Origin: Wallemia ichthyophaga EXF-994 | Lineage: Eukaryota > Fungi > Basidiomycota | Length of the DNA stretch: 32,000 nt | Direction of reading: 5' to 3' | Assembly: GCF_000400465.1 (NCBI RefSeq) | Contig: NW_008806285.1 | Location: forward strand, 30,001-62,000 | Shown: piece by piece, positions 1-12,806 of the stretch | Layout: the number at the start of each line of letters is the position of its first letter | How positions within the stretch are numbered: the first letter of the stretch is position 1 | Translations under genes and position numbers: made by a program | The notes under the pieces: model-generated | The model's database searches: none | The model's input: the letters and a program-made list of their open reading frames with translations, nothing else | What the model was told of the DNA's origin: nothing

Positions 1-2
1 GC

Positions 3-1209
3 TTAAGCTTGTTGAGTTTGTTGGAGTGGAGAAGGAGCAGCTTGGATTTTGTTTTCGTAGGTGTCTTCGACATTCTCATAAGGTCTCATTGGTTGAAGGC
101 CCCACTTTTCAAACAGCTCAGCGTCCTGATCTTTCTCGACACCGTCTGTAGTAAGCATGTAGCCTGAGAAGATGGCATTAGCACCTGACATGAAACACAT
201 TGCTTGTTCAGCATCAGTAAACATCTTTCTTCCTGCTGCTATTCTGACAATTGACTTTGGCATGACGATTCTAGCTGTTGCGATCGTTCTGACGACCTCC
301 TCAACTGCAACCGGGGTGTTGTTTTCCAATGGTGTGCCCTTTATTGGAACGAGTGCGTTGACAGGGAAAGACTCTGGATGTTCAGGGAGACGGGAGAGTT
401 CCCAGATCAAACCAACCCTGTCATCTTGCTGCTCACCAAGACCGAGAATACCACCTGAGCAGACGCTGATTCCTGCGTCTCTGACATTTGAGATAGTGCT
501 CAACCTGTCATCGTATGAACGAGATGTGATGACCTGGAATTTTATTAGATAAAGCAACGTAAACGCGCAAGCCACTAACCTCCGGGTAGTATTCTCTTGA
601 AGTGTCTAAGTTATGGTTGTATGCAGTGAGGCCGGCATCTTTCAAAGCTATAGCTTGCTCAGACGAGAGCATACCAAGCGTGGTGCAGACTTCCATACCC
701 ATACCCTTGATCTCCCTAACCATGGCCAAGATTCTATCGAAACCACGCTTGCGACCGCCTACATCTCTCCAAGCTGCGCCCATACAGAAACGGGTAGAAC
801 CCGCATTTTTAGCGCGCTTAGCTTCTTGAATGACAGGATCTAAAGCGAGTAGCTTTCCAGCCTCAGTGCCAGTACTGTATCTGCTAGACTGAGAGCAATA
901 GCTACAGTCTTCTGAACAACCGCCAGTTTTGATGTTCATAAGAGTGCACAGCTGAACCTTTCCAGGCTCGTGGTACATGCGGTGTACGCTGGCTGCTCTG
1001 TAAACCAATTCGAGGAGAGGCTGTTGGTATATAGCCTGGATATCATTCCTATTCCAGTCATTGCGTATATCACCATCCTTGTGCTCCTTCGAGCTATTTA
1101 CTGGTCCGTTGGGGGTAAATGGATGGGGATTGAGTTGAGTTGCAAGGCTTCTCGACTGAACTAGTATTTTAAATTGCTGGCGTGGCTTGAATAGGTGCTT
1201 GTTGATCAT
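3..1209 (-). CDS. BIO2: Biotin synthase (radical SAM), two exons: complement(join(3..533,580..1209)), 386 aa
   Basis: CSEDCSYCSQS CxxxCxxC motif, YNHNLDTS, VCSGGILGLGE, ESFPVNAL, RIAAGR, GANAIF. The 46-nt intron 534..579 (GTTAGT..CTAAT..CAG) joins the two ORF-track fragments in frame (EYYPE|VITSR). The N-terminus MINKHLFKPRQQFKILVQSRSLA is presequence-like. Confidence 0.96.
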
Positions 1210-1367
1210 TTTCTTTTCTTTCTTTTCTCGGTGATGGCCGTCTAGCGTCAACGATAAGCCATCGCAACTTTCCGGCACACTCAAAATCCGATCGAAGGAC
1301 TTTTAGGGACAGCGGCTTTTTCGGAATCAACTGGACTATTAAACATTAGATATCGGATATATTCAAC
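1210..1367. promoter_or_regulatory. 158-bp bidirectional promoter region between BIO2 and BIO3-BIO1
   Basis: Lies between two divergent start codons (1209 on minus, 1368 on plus). No specific binding site could be assigned. Confidence 0.7.
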
Positions 1368-4006
1368 ATGCCTCACTTATACAGACACTTGCGAGTTAAT
1401 CAGATATTTGGTGCGTGCCAGTGAGCAGACTGAAAGTGCAGCAACTCACAGCCATCCACGCAGGCGCTAACACCGACGTTGGCAAGACTCTCATCACAAC
1501 TGCTCTTGTCTTGGCAGAATCGCAGCGAACGAAGAACAACATCTTCTATTTGAAGTAAGTTGCTATTTGCTGGAGTTTGGCACATTCTCATTCTCCCAAA
1601 CAGACCTGTCAGTACTGGTCCTGCTGCTGATCAAGACGACGCGTGGGTACTTTCCATTTCGGCGGAGTGTTTGTTGACTCCCGCTCAGTTTTCTCCAGCG
1701 CTTCTCTAATAACGACAGAATACACAACCACACTCTCTTTCGCTACAGTGATCCCGTCTCTCCTCACTTAGCCGTTAGCAGAGAATCCGCAACCCAAAAA
1801 CCTCCGTCCGATAAGGATTTTGCAACCTCAATTGGAAACTACATTAGCAGCAAAGCCAGTCTAAACAACTCTCACTCTCTTTACGTCGAAACTGCGGGTG
1901 GTGAGTTTCCGGTGATTTTCCGAGGCTGCATGTTGATATTGAGACACAGGCGTACACTCTCCAACTTTAACTGGAACCAGCCAAGCTGATGCTTACAGGT
2001 CATTGCTGTGAGGCTTTTTCCCTCTCGTCTTGCTCTATCTAACAACACCGGCAAGTCTCCCTACCATCCTCATAGCCTCGTCGCATTTGGGCGGAATCAG
2101 CACTACTTTAGCTGCCTATGAGAGTCTGCATATGCGAGGCTATAGCGTAGAAGCGATCCTTGTATTTAGGGAGGAGTACTACGCCAACTACCAATACCTC
2201 AGTGATTGGGGACGGGAGAGAGGCGTGCATGTCGCAGTGATAGATCAACCACCGTCCAAAGACAGCAATGCATTAAATGACCAGGAAGCACTCCAAGCAT
2301 ATTTCAGCAGTCTGTCTAACGGCGACGGTGCAGTGTTGAGCACACTCGACGAACTCGACACACGCCACAAGAAGCGCATTGAGGAAATCAAGACAATGCC
2401 ACAACGCACACTAGACAGTATTTGGTATCCGTTTGCTCAACACTCCCACATCAAATCCGCTGAGCAGATCGGCGTTATCGACAGCGCACATGCTGACCAC
2501 TTCGATGTTCACAGACCAGCGTCTGCGTCTCAGGATCTACTACAACAAGATTTCGACGGAAGTGCTTCTTGGTGGACGCAGACACTCGGCCACGGTAACG
2601 TTACACTCGCTCTGGCTGCTGCACATGCAGCTGGTCGGTACGGTCATGTGCTTTTACCTGGACACACGCACAAACCTGTACTGGAACTTTGCGAAAAACT
2701 CCTCAAAGGCCCGGGTAGCGGGTGGGCTAACAAGGCTTTCGTTACTGATAACGGTAGTACCGCTATGGAGGTAGCCCTTAAAATAGCCCTCCGAGCTTGC
2801 TCGAAGAAGTATGGTGCTGCGAATAGAGGCGTGCTCGGATTGAGCGGTAGCTACCACGGTGACACTATCGGTAGTATGGATGCTTCTGAGCCATCTGTAT
2901 ACAATAACGCAGTCGAATGGTATTCCCCAAGAGGCGGTTTCTGGTTTGATTCACCGCTCATCAAGTACAAGAGTGGAGAGATAGTTCTGAAGGGCGCAGT
3001 AAGTATGGGCGTACCAAAGGGTGCTGCTGTTGATGGCGATTATTGGGAGATGGCTATCTCTGACTCTATCGCTGGTGCTTATGGCGTAGAGGAGCGTTTA
3101 AAAACGACTCTGACTGTTTTTTACAGAGATTCCATTCAAAACACTCTCGAAAGGCTCGTCGAAGAAGGCAGACACTTCGGTGCACTCGTCATGGAACCAC
3201 TTGTTATGGGCGCAGGAGGTATGCTCTGTGTTGATGTGAGTTGGTTTTACGTCTAATACTTCCATCTTACACAATTTAAGCCGCTGTTTCAGCGTGTACT
3301 CGTTGATACAGTGCGTGACAACGAAGAGCTATTCGCCAACCAAGCTGGCGATGCATACGTTCAAGGACAGGACTGGCAGGGATTACCGGTTGTTTTCGAC
3401 GAGGTGTTTGCGGGTCTATACAGACTCGGCCAGCAAACTCCGTTGTCTATAATCGGCACCCACCCAGATGTATCCGCTTATGCCAAGATATTGTCTGGCG
3501 GGATTGTACCGCTTTCTACAACATTGGCAAGACAGAGTCTGTTCGACAACTTTTTAGGGGAGGAGAAGAAAGAAGCGCTGTTACACGGCCACTCATATAC
3601 CGCCCATCCTATTGGGTGCGCTGTTGCGAATGCGTCGTTGGATGAGATAAACAAGTTAGCAGAGAGTGATGAATGGCATGCATCGAGAGTTGCATGGGGC
3701 AGTAATACCGAGAGCGGTGCTTGGAGCTTATGGACCCCTGAGGCTGTGGAAGTGCTATCACACCTCAACAACGTCGATGGCGTCGTCGCTTTGGGTAGCG
3801 TGTTGATAATACATCTCAAGTCATCAGGCAAAGGATATGAGAGTTCAGAAGGACAGCGTTTTCTGGCGTCGCTGGCTAGCGAAGGTATCCACTCCAGACC
3901 TCTTGGTGATACGGTCTACTTTATGGCCAGCTTGAACACATCCAAGGAGGCGATAGAGGATATCCAAAACAAAGTGATTCATGGGCTTGAAAAATTTGAT
4001 GTTTAA
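1368..4006 (+). CDS. BIO3-BIO1: Bifunctional dethiobiotin synthetase / DAPA aminotransferase (BioDA fusion); introns at 1411..1463, 1555..1603, 1643..1688, 1901..1949, 2008..2055, 3236..3280
   Basis: Spliced N-terminus gives QIFGANTDVGKT (BioD P-loop), KPVSTGP, VETAGGVHSP and LGGISTT. The C-terminal class-III aminotransferase part has WYPFAQH, DGSASWWTQ, DNGSTAMEVALK, SYHGDTIG, FDEVFAGLYR, the PLP lysine in AKILSGG, and LHGHSYTAHPIG. Confidence 0.94.
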
Positions 4007-4051
4007 TAAGGATTGATTTGCTTTTATAAATGTACCTGACTGACGTTGAGA

Positions 4052-5087
4052 ATGGTTGGTGGAGAGTAGCAAGCCAGACAAAGCTGAGAGAGTGATAGTG
4101 CATTGTAGTTTACGCTGTCAACAGACACTCGAAATACCAGCTGTGGGTGATGCGCTTTGTGCGCTGACTTATGGCTGCTGCTGACTGACCAAGTGCACTG
4201 GCTGCGAATAGAGACGAGTGGCTTGAAAGGCCTACACAGCCAGCGAGAGTGCACAACTTCGGTGATGATTCCAAGGAGGAGTGTATATCCGGGATTGATC
4301 TGCTAATGCAGGGTACTTGGATTGGAGTGAGCAAGTCGGGCAAAATAGCAGCGCTGTGGGTAAATCTATATCTGAATAGATCTACTAACAGCGAAACAGC
4401 ACAAATTACTTTGAACCGCTCCCGAAAGACGGAAAATTGCTCAAGTCAAGGGGAGCGATAACGCGAGACTGTCTCCAGAGCGGCAGAAGCATTGAAGACG
4501 ATCTCGAAGAGGTTTCAAAAATCAAAGACGAAGTGGGGCCGTTTAACCTGTTACTCATTCAGGCCGAAAAGGGGAACGTGCGCTACGGCTACGCCACAAA
4601 CAGATCGATATCGACAAACTACCACGGAATGTTTAGCGAGGACATTGGAGGCATGTCGAATGGATATGTAGACGCCAACGACGAGATAGCCTCACAGTCA
4701 GAGTGGCACAAAGTAAAGCGCGGCAAAGAAGACCTCGACAAGTCAATTGAGCGCGATATGCAAGAGACGGAGCTACTCGATACACTCGAGAATGCTATCT
4801 CCAATGAGGTACACCCAATGCAGACAAGACAGCATTTTCAATTCAGCGCGAGAATCCCACCAATTATTATGCGTCCGGGCGCCAATCCGATTCCTGTGGA
4901 TGAAGCAAACAAAGACGATATCAAGGCGATATACGCGACGAGGCTCATCACATTTATCCTCGTCGATAACGACGGCAATGTTAAATTTATTGAAAAAGAT
5001 ATTTACCAACTACGCGGCTCAGATGTCCTCAAGGCTGATAGCCAGCGCTCTTTGTTCTTCGACAACGACCACGGTCAATCTAAATAA
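4052..5087 (+). CDS. TANGO2: TANGO2/NRDE-family (DUF833) protein; exons 4052..4054, 4099..4142, 4194..4355, 4400..5087
   Basis: Splicing gives M-CIVVYAVNRHSKYQLALAANRDEWLERPT, then GTWIGVSKSGKIAALTNY, KSRG, GPFNLLL, GMSNG, WHKVKRGK and YATRLITFILVD, all typical NRDE-family motifs. Confidence 0.88.
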
Positions 5088-5120
5088 TTTGATTGTTTTC
5101 GTCTCCATCTGCTTATCGTG

Positions 5121-8100
5121 ATGGGTATGCCAGTAGAGCACATATTGCGCAATGCCAGGCAGAGGCCACTCAACAACGACGAAGTATCTGTGGGTACCGC
5201 GGAAATGGCGAGAGATGGGTGGCTTATTCAAGTTCACGCAGCACGTTATCGCACCTATCTCTGAATTCCTATTTGAAAAGGGCAAGGAGAATGGCGAGAA
5301 GAAACCTGATTGGTTTAGCGATAAATACAACGGGAATGGTATTCTTACAGAAGCCACGGCATTTGCTACGCGTTAGTTTTGGTTTGGCGCTTGAGTTTTG
5401 ACTTAAGGAATGCTCAGGTCTATTCGCTTATTTACCACCCAAAGAGGAGCTACTGATTTACCAGGATCATCTCTTTCAACAGCTTTTTAGTAATCCTCAC
5501 AGGGTACTGGATTGGCAGCTCTGCAAGCTACAGGCTCGATACATGTGAGTATTGTGCATTTACTTGCAGTAAACCGTAACACTAACACTCTCCAGCTACT
5601 TCCGCAATATCAGCGACAAGAAGCTGAATAGCTTCTTTTCAAACATCTACCGATGGGAAGCTCAAGCTTATCAACCACTTCTCTCCGAAACAGCTTCTCC
5701 ACTCATCAGCTTAGACAACATTAACCAATCACTATACCACATGTGCATCTTGCATCCTGAATTTTTCTTCATGGGAGAAGTCATCAGCGTTATGCTCCCG
5801 AAACTTCAAGGCGATGTCGGTTTCATGGACCACCTCCCACCCCCACCGACGATCCTCGCATTGACAGCATCTGACAATGAAGACGTCAGCCAATGGGCGA
5901 ACGATATGATCGATAGACATACTTGGAAACCAATCACCAAGGAAAATGCCAAGGTGTACTTGATCATTTTTCGCAACATCCTCAAGCTTATTGTCGATAG
6001 AGAGAATGGGAATCTCGACGCTGATGGAGAGTGGCCTATACAGGATGACCCGGAAGTACTATGGACCGTCCTCGCCAAGACACTAGCCGCTATGGATTCA
6101 AGTGCCATTGAGGAAGTCAGCAGATTTTGTCCTGGGTTATTGAAAGACGTACAGAGGCACCTATGTGATGTTAGGGGTAGGACATTTACACCACTTTTGA
6201 GGTGTTTTGTCGCTCTCATATCTGTCAAACAAACATACTGGTCTGTGGACTCGTATAATGAACAGCAGAGGCAGAAAAATGACGACGAGCATTCAGTTTT
6301 ACTTCTGCGACTGATGAATTCAGTTTTGGATAATCCACTTTACAGGCCTCTGGTGACACAGCCTGTCACCTTCCGCCACGATGACGATATGAGTTGGCCT
6401 CTCAATTGGTGGTCGAATCTCGTTATGAATGTCGAAGATGTCCATGAGTTACATGATTCAGCCCTAAGGAGTATTGCTAGGAGAGGTTTCGAGTCCACTG
6501 GTAACGGCGGCGAGAACACCAAATACAAGTACTACGAAAATATCATTGGCGTTTTAGAGAAATGCCTAAACAAATATGAAGGAAATGAGCGAAAAATGCA
6601 ACTGGTTTTTGAAATTCTAAGCATATACAAGAATAGCTTGCTCGAGACGGCCTTTTTGTTACAAGAAGGCAACCCAGCACGTGGCAAATCACAAGAAGCC
6701 ACAAGAGGTTTGTTGCGACTGTGTCTAAGAAAAGATTGTGTTCGCCTAAAGCGCGGTTTAAATGACTTCATGGCAAAATTTACTCCATGGAAAGATTACG
6801 AGAGGCAGCGTCAGCGGAAAAAAGTACCCAAAGAACCAAAAGTAGAACTTGACACAAAGAAAACTATCATTGCGACAGAAATTTGGGCTGCAGTATACAC
6901 AGTTATTGGCCTTACGAACAATATCGATGATCAGTTTGCATGGAATTTAATCCTAACAAATTTGTCGTCGATTAGCCACCTTTCGCAGCTGGAAAATAGT
7001 CAATACGACGAAACAGTTGTTCCCGCTCGGATGAAGAACACTCTATTAACATTTAGGTCGGCGTACAACAATGCGATTAATACTATGCAATTCCAATTCA
7101 GAAAATTGGTACAGAATTATCTCGACGATTCGACACAACACCTTCAGATATTAGAACATACGCTTAAGGCTCCGAATGTGCAAATGGCAATAATGCGGTT
7201 ATACCTATCACCCAACGGAGAGATCCACGAGCCTATAATCAGTCTACTCAAGATGATTTCAGATCAAGATGAAAAATCTGAGGCTATACAATGGATGCTA
7301 TTCAAACACCCCAAGACTTTCTTAGGCGGTGTAGCTGCACAATGCAAGACATTCTTGTCGGTCGCAGATTTGCATCTCGAGGCCTTGAACTTTGCCAATT
7401 GTATATCAAATCAGAATGAAGAAATACTGCCGATGATCGCTTCTTCTTCAACCGGCTTCCTCAATCGATATGGTGGAGAACCAGCAATCAAGCAAGCTTT
7501 GCTTGAGTATTGGGTGGAGCTTTGTAGATTTACATCGTGTGTACTCAAATCGGCTCCCAAGTGGCACAGATATTGTGGCAAGGAGGAAATGATTTCATGG
7601 ATGCGTGAATCTATCACACTTGCTGGTGTTCTTCTTGATTCTGAAAAAGAGTTGCAGAGGTATATTACTTCAGTTTCTTCAAAAATGGTACGTTTTTGTG
7701 TAAGTTTCTCCTTACCACTTACACCCAATAGCTCGAACCCTTAAATGAGGTACTGGTTCAGTCTGTGGGCTGGCTCAGAGCAACAGATATGACAGTCGTA
7801 GAGTTTACCTTCAGATTTATCGACTCTACTCTTTCAGCATTTAAACAGTCGGAATGTTTACCTGCACCGAAAGCTTTGGAGATGCTGAATGTATTTCTTG
7901 ATTCTCGCGTTCTGTATCTTGGTTTCTGACCTCACAATCACAGGACTACTATCGTCAGGCAAACAAACCTGGAGGCTCTGTGATGAAGCTATCACATCTT
8001 TCGCTCAGTAAACTCAAGTACCACCTTTCTACATTCAACGATGAGAGTGATGAGGAGGATGTGCAGATCATCGATAAGAAGCCATCGCTTGGTAAATTGC

Positions 8101-11100
8101 AGAAAGCACTGGGTGTTGACAAGAAGCCTAGTCCGGCTGATTTTTTGAAGGAAAAGCAGCACGAAAGGGAGCGTCAAGAGAAAGCTAAACAGGCGGAGCA
8201 GGTAAAGAATCCATTTATGAGGAAAATTGCTGGTAAGCCACTTCTCACCGGACTCACCACAAAGAAAGGCGAAGCGCGTAAACCTTTTGTTGCTCCACAG
8301 AGGCTAACATACGGCGGTAATAAAAAGGAAGAGTCAGAATCATCCGATGATGGCGGTGACCCTGGTGGCTTGAAGGATATGGATTTGAATCCTGAGCAGG
8401 CCAAGCAGAAGATGCAAGCTGTGAAAGAGAGAAGAGGCGGTACCAAGGTTATCGATCCTCTAGTCGGAACGTCAACCAAAAAGCAACAATTGAAGAGTGA
8501 TGCGAAGCGTGATGAATCATTCCAACGCCGTCAGAGACTCGATCCTGATATCAGCGACTTACAGAAACTCCTGCTCAATGTTGACTACAACGATCCTAAC
8601 ATGAAGATCGGTTCGCTTGATCCTACACAACGGATCCCTATCGACTTCAGAAACTACACTCACTATTGGGACATAATGCGACCACTTCTATTCGAAGAGA
8701 CATCTGAGCAGCTCAAGCAAGCCAGATCGGCAGTACAAGTGGAGGAGACGGTGACTGTCTACGTTTCCGCTAAGACGTTTGTAAATGATTATGCGGAAGT
8801 TGTGTTGAATGTCAAATGCAATGCGCCATCCCAGTACTCACTGAGCGAGAATGAGCTGGTGACGCTGAGTAAAGATGATGGCATCCAGCCTGGTGCCCAA
8901 AGATCAGGAGCACCGACTGAGAATCATCCATGTCAAAATCTCATCGCTAAGGTGCAAAGTTTCAAGCGCAGACATCAAGATCTCATTGTGACAGTGTGGT
9001 TACCGCTGCGCAGATCTGCTGCTTTCCAAGATAAGCACAAGTGGAAAATGCAGAAATTCTATTCGCTCAGCACGCTATACAGAGAATATGGTGCGTTGAA
9101 AGGCTTACAGTATTACGGGCCTGTGATGAATAAGATTCTCAATCCCGTAATCAAAGATAAGTTGCAGTTAGATAGTGATACAGTTAAAAAAACGATGAAA
9201 ATGTTGGAAGTTAACGAATCACAAGCTAATGCTGTGCTTAGCGCCCTCTGTACACCTGCAGATGGCTCTTTCAGTCTCATTCAAGGTCCACCTGGTACTG
9301 GTAAATCTAAGACCATTCTGGCATTAGTTGCTCAGTTTTTGAGCATGAGACCTAAGCCTATAGTCAGCAAAGCCAACCCAAATGCGGCTGATGGCTGGGT
9401 GCCTCCAAAAATACTCCTTTGCGCACCTTCTAACGCTGCTATTGATGAAGTTGTCAATAGACTAAAAGTGCCTATTAGGGGTGTTAATGGTGACATGAAA
9501 GAAGTGAACGTAATCAGAATAGGTGCAGATTCGTCAATGTCAGTTTCTGCTAAAGAGCGCTCGCTAGAGGAGTTGGTAGATCAGCGCGTCAACTTGGATC
9601 CGACAAGTGCCAGCATGGACAATGGATCGATGGTCGGTGACTATAGAGACCAGTTGACACAGTGTAAAAACAGCATTAATGAGATCAGAAACACTATCAA
9701 CCAGAAGCAGCAGAATGAAGGGACAGCCACTCAAGGTGAGAAAGAAGAGTTGAGGAAGTTGAGCGACAAGAGGAATGAGATATCTACCAAGCTGGATAAG
9801 GCCAGAGATACGCAGAAGTCATCTGCCAAAGCTAGAGATGCATCGAGACGAACACATCGCAGAGCAGTCATGATGGAAGCTGATGTTGTATGTTCGACAT
9901 TGTCAGGTGCTGGTAAAGGAGATCTAGCTGAGTTGCCGGTTGACTTTGAGACTGTGATTATTGATGAAGCAGCACAAGCTGTTGAAGTGTCAGCGCTAAT
10001 TCCATTCAAATATGGATGTAAGAGACCGATACTAATTGGTGATCAGCATCAGTTACCTCCAACTGTAATGTCCACTGAAGCTAGCAAGAAAGGATATTCG
10101 AGGTCTTTGTTTGTCAGACTGATGGAGACTAACAAAGGATGCGTGCATTTGTTGAACGAACAATATCGTATGCATCCAGATATATCCAAACTGCCTTCAG
10201 CTGTATTCTACCAAGGTCAGTTAAAAGATGGGTTAAGGATGGCCGAGAAGACTAAGGCTCCGTGGCACGATAATGCCTTATTCGGAACTTACAGGTTCTT
10301 TGACTTCGCACAAGGTTCTGAAAGGCGCGTAGATAATTCCTACGTGAATGATGGCGAAGCAGATCTTGTCATATCGCTTTATGAGAGATTAAAGAGACAG
10401 TTTGGTGAAGAGTTTTCATTGGATTACAGAGTCGCAATTATTGCAACATACAAACAGCAAGTCTTCAATATCAAGAGAAAACTCAGGAACAGGTTTAACA
10501 ACACAGATAAAGATATCTTAGCCAAAGTTGATGTAAATACCGTCGATGGTTTCCAAGGTCAAGAGAAGAGCGTTATTATATTATCCACAGTTCGATCTTC
10601 CCAATTTGATAACGATGGCGTTTTCAAGGATCGCAGTGGAGGTCCTATCGGTTTCTTGAAAGATATGAGACGTATGAACGTTGCTTTGACTCGTGCTCAG
10701 TCGTCCTTGTTCATAGTAGGAAATGCTGACAGGCTGTCGTACGATGAAACATGGAAGAAGATTGTTGGCGATGCACAGGGTAGAAATTTACTTGAGAAAG
10801 TGAGTACATGAAGACGCTTTAATAACACTGCTAACAGTGAACAGGTAAATGCCAAGTACTTCCAACAGCCAGCGAATCATGTGGCTGCGAAAGCCAAGCA
10901 ACCTGCCAAACACCCATCAGGATTCGAGAAGGATGTTCGCAACAACGCCAAAAAGAACGATAAGGGTGAGGTTGAGCAGCAATCAATACCAGACAACCTT
11001 GTTCCAGCTAGCAATTCTCCCGTAAAGCGCAAAGCGACTGCTGAGAGTGGATCCAGCATGGCGAAAAAGATGAAAGCCGCTGAAATGAATCAAAATGACA

Positions 11101-11440
11101 GCAACGTAATAGACATTGATGGTGATCAGAATAGTGACATACCAGGTATTAGGTCAGATTCAGCAGATCAGTTGGTCAATGCACCAGTTCTTGAATCAGT
11201 AAACATGGACACCGACTCCAGCAATCGTTCCCAGTCTGTATCAGTTGAGCCTGGCAAAGGACCTCGTACAATGATGCACAATGGCACGGCGCAAGATGAT
11301 GAGCAGAAGAAAGCTATCCAGGCAGCACACAACAGGAAGAAACAAGCAGCCAAGAATAACTCTATGTTTATCAATAAGAAGAAAGTGTGTTCTGCGTTGT
11401 TAAAAATATTTTCACTAACGCTCAGTAGCCAAAGAAATGA
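5121..11440 (+). CDS. SEN1: Sen1/senataxin-like SF1 RNA/DNA helicase with N-terminal Sen1_N region; multi-exon (introns near 5190, 5372, 5545, and at 7688..7731, 7891..7943, 10800..10844, 11385..11428)
   Basis: Helicase motifs QGPPGTGKS, ILLCAPSNAAIDE, IIDEAAQ, GDQHQLPP, QYRMHP, TVDGFQGQE and RRMNVALTRA. Upstream exons splice in frame into the 667-aa ORF (EATAFATRLFAY). The exact start (5121 or 5127) and the last acceptor are less certain. Confidence 0.9.
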
Positions 11441-11574
11441 GATAGCTAAGAAAATTACTATCAAACTTTCCAAAATTCAAAGGCATTTCATTTATGATTG
11501 GTATCATCAAGATCAGCATCAATCACATTACTACATAAAATTGGCAGCTTAGCAGAAGATTGGCATAAGTTGAA

Positions 11575-12793
11575 TTAGAGACGGGCCTCAGGTCTCTTCT
11601 CACGAACTAAACCTTGCTGAGCTGTTAAAGCTACTAGTCTGCCGTCTTGTGACCAAAACTCTCCTTGCACATTTCCGCGTCCGTGTGCTGAAACTGGGCA
11701 AAAAGTCCTGTATATGAGCCACTCGCCCGCGTCGAAATTGTCGTACTTTTGTGAAAAAAATGAGCAGATGAAGCATATGAAAGTGCCACTCACAAACCAC
11801 ATGGAATGATCGAGTGAAGTAATCATGCCGAGATTTGAATACTGACGCAACCCAAGGGAGTGAGCGACCGTGTGCAGAAAGTTCAAGTCCGACATGTACG
11901 CTAATACTGCCTTTTAATCTTAAGCGCAGTTACGCGTTAAAAGCTTTACCAACCTTTTGCTTTGAATCCTTATCACCGGGTGAGCTTTTCGCTTTGATCC
12001 ACCAGCTAAACTCATTTGAAATGTTAAGGTTACCCTTTTCGTCATACTGACTGACTTTCGATGCGTCTTTTAAAGCGACATCTGACGTGCGACGTTCCTG
12101 TGTGATTTCAGTTGTGCCTAGCTAAGAGTAAACTTAAAACTGACATCTATTCTTGCTATGATGGTTTCAGACAGCTTACTGTCTAGCTTGGAATGATACT
12201 TATCCAAAAAGCGCTGCCATCTGTCTTCACTCAACTCGCATTCCTCTGGTGGAGGTATGTCGGCCGGTGGTTTGATGGAAAATTTAGGCTGAGAAGGTTC
12301 TGGCTGAGCAAAAGAAGCAGTGAGAGTGAATATGTTATTGCCATCTTGGCTGGCTCTAACGCAGTACGTCTGATAACTTTTACCTAGACGTAAAGGCTGT
12401 ACATCTATTAAGTTGATAGCCGGTGAGATTAGGTTAAGTGGGAGAAAGCTCACTCACGATAGACGACTGGCATCGTGGATTGACCAGCTAGTAGAAAATA
12501 GCAATGAAAGGAATGGAGGCCGTAACGTTCGCCGGACCTGTCTTCGGTTACGAGGGTGGCGGCTTGAATAGCTTGAGATATAACTGAACCACCGAATACA
12601 CCAACGGAGGCGGATACGGGCTTCCATAGAGGTTTCTAATTAGTAGTCAGAGGCTGTTTTTTCTAGTCGGCAAACGTACTTTTGACCGGTAGAGATAGAG
12701 GTCGATCTTTTCGAGCTGAAGACGGGGTGAATTATGCATGAGTGGGTATTAGATACGCACATCTAAATTACTGCTAATCCAATCGTTGCCCAT
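11575..12793 (-). CDS. TES1: Peroxisomal acyl-CoA thioesterase II (TesB/ACOT8 family); introns include 12716..12760, 12636..12679, 12405..12457, 11746..11793
   Basis: Spliced product MGNDWISSNLDLEKIDLYLYRSK..GVFGGSVISQAIQAA..LHSFHCYFL..AVLAYMSDLNFL..SLDHSMWF..GRGNVQGEFWSQDGRLVA..QQGLVR. It ends in ARL*, a canonical PTS1. Confidence 0.92.
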
Positions 12794-12806
12794 GTCTTAG
12801 AAAGAT

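Noticed and set aside
1320-1345. AATCA in the BIO promoter resembling the yeast biotin-responsive VHRE (AATCA-N8-TGAYT)
   Set aside because: The second half-site is absent (ATTAA at that position).
11746-11793. Stop-free 48-nt (3n) intron in the thioesterase
   Set aside because: Same reasoning. Removal restores the family motif SLDHSMWF-Y.
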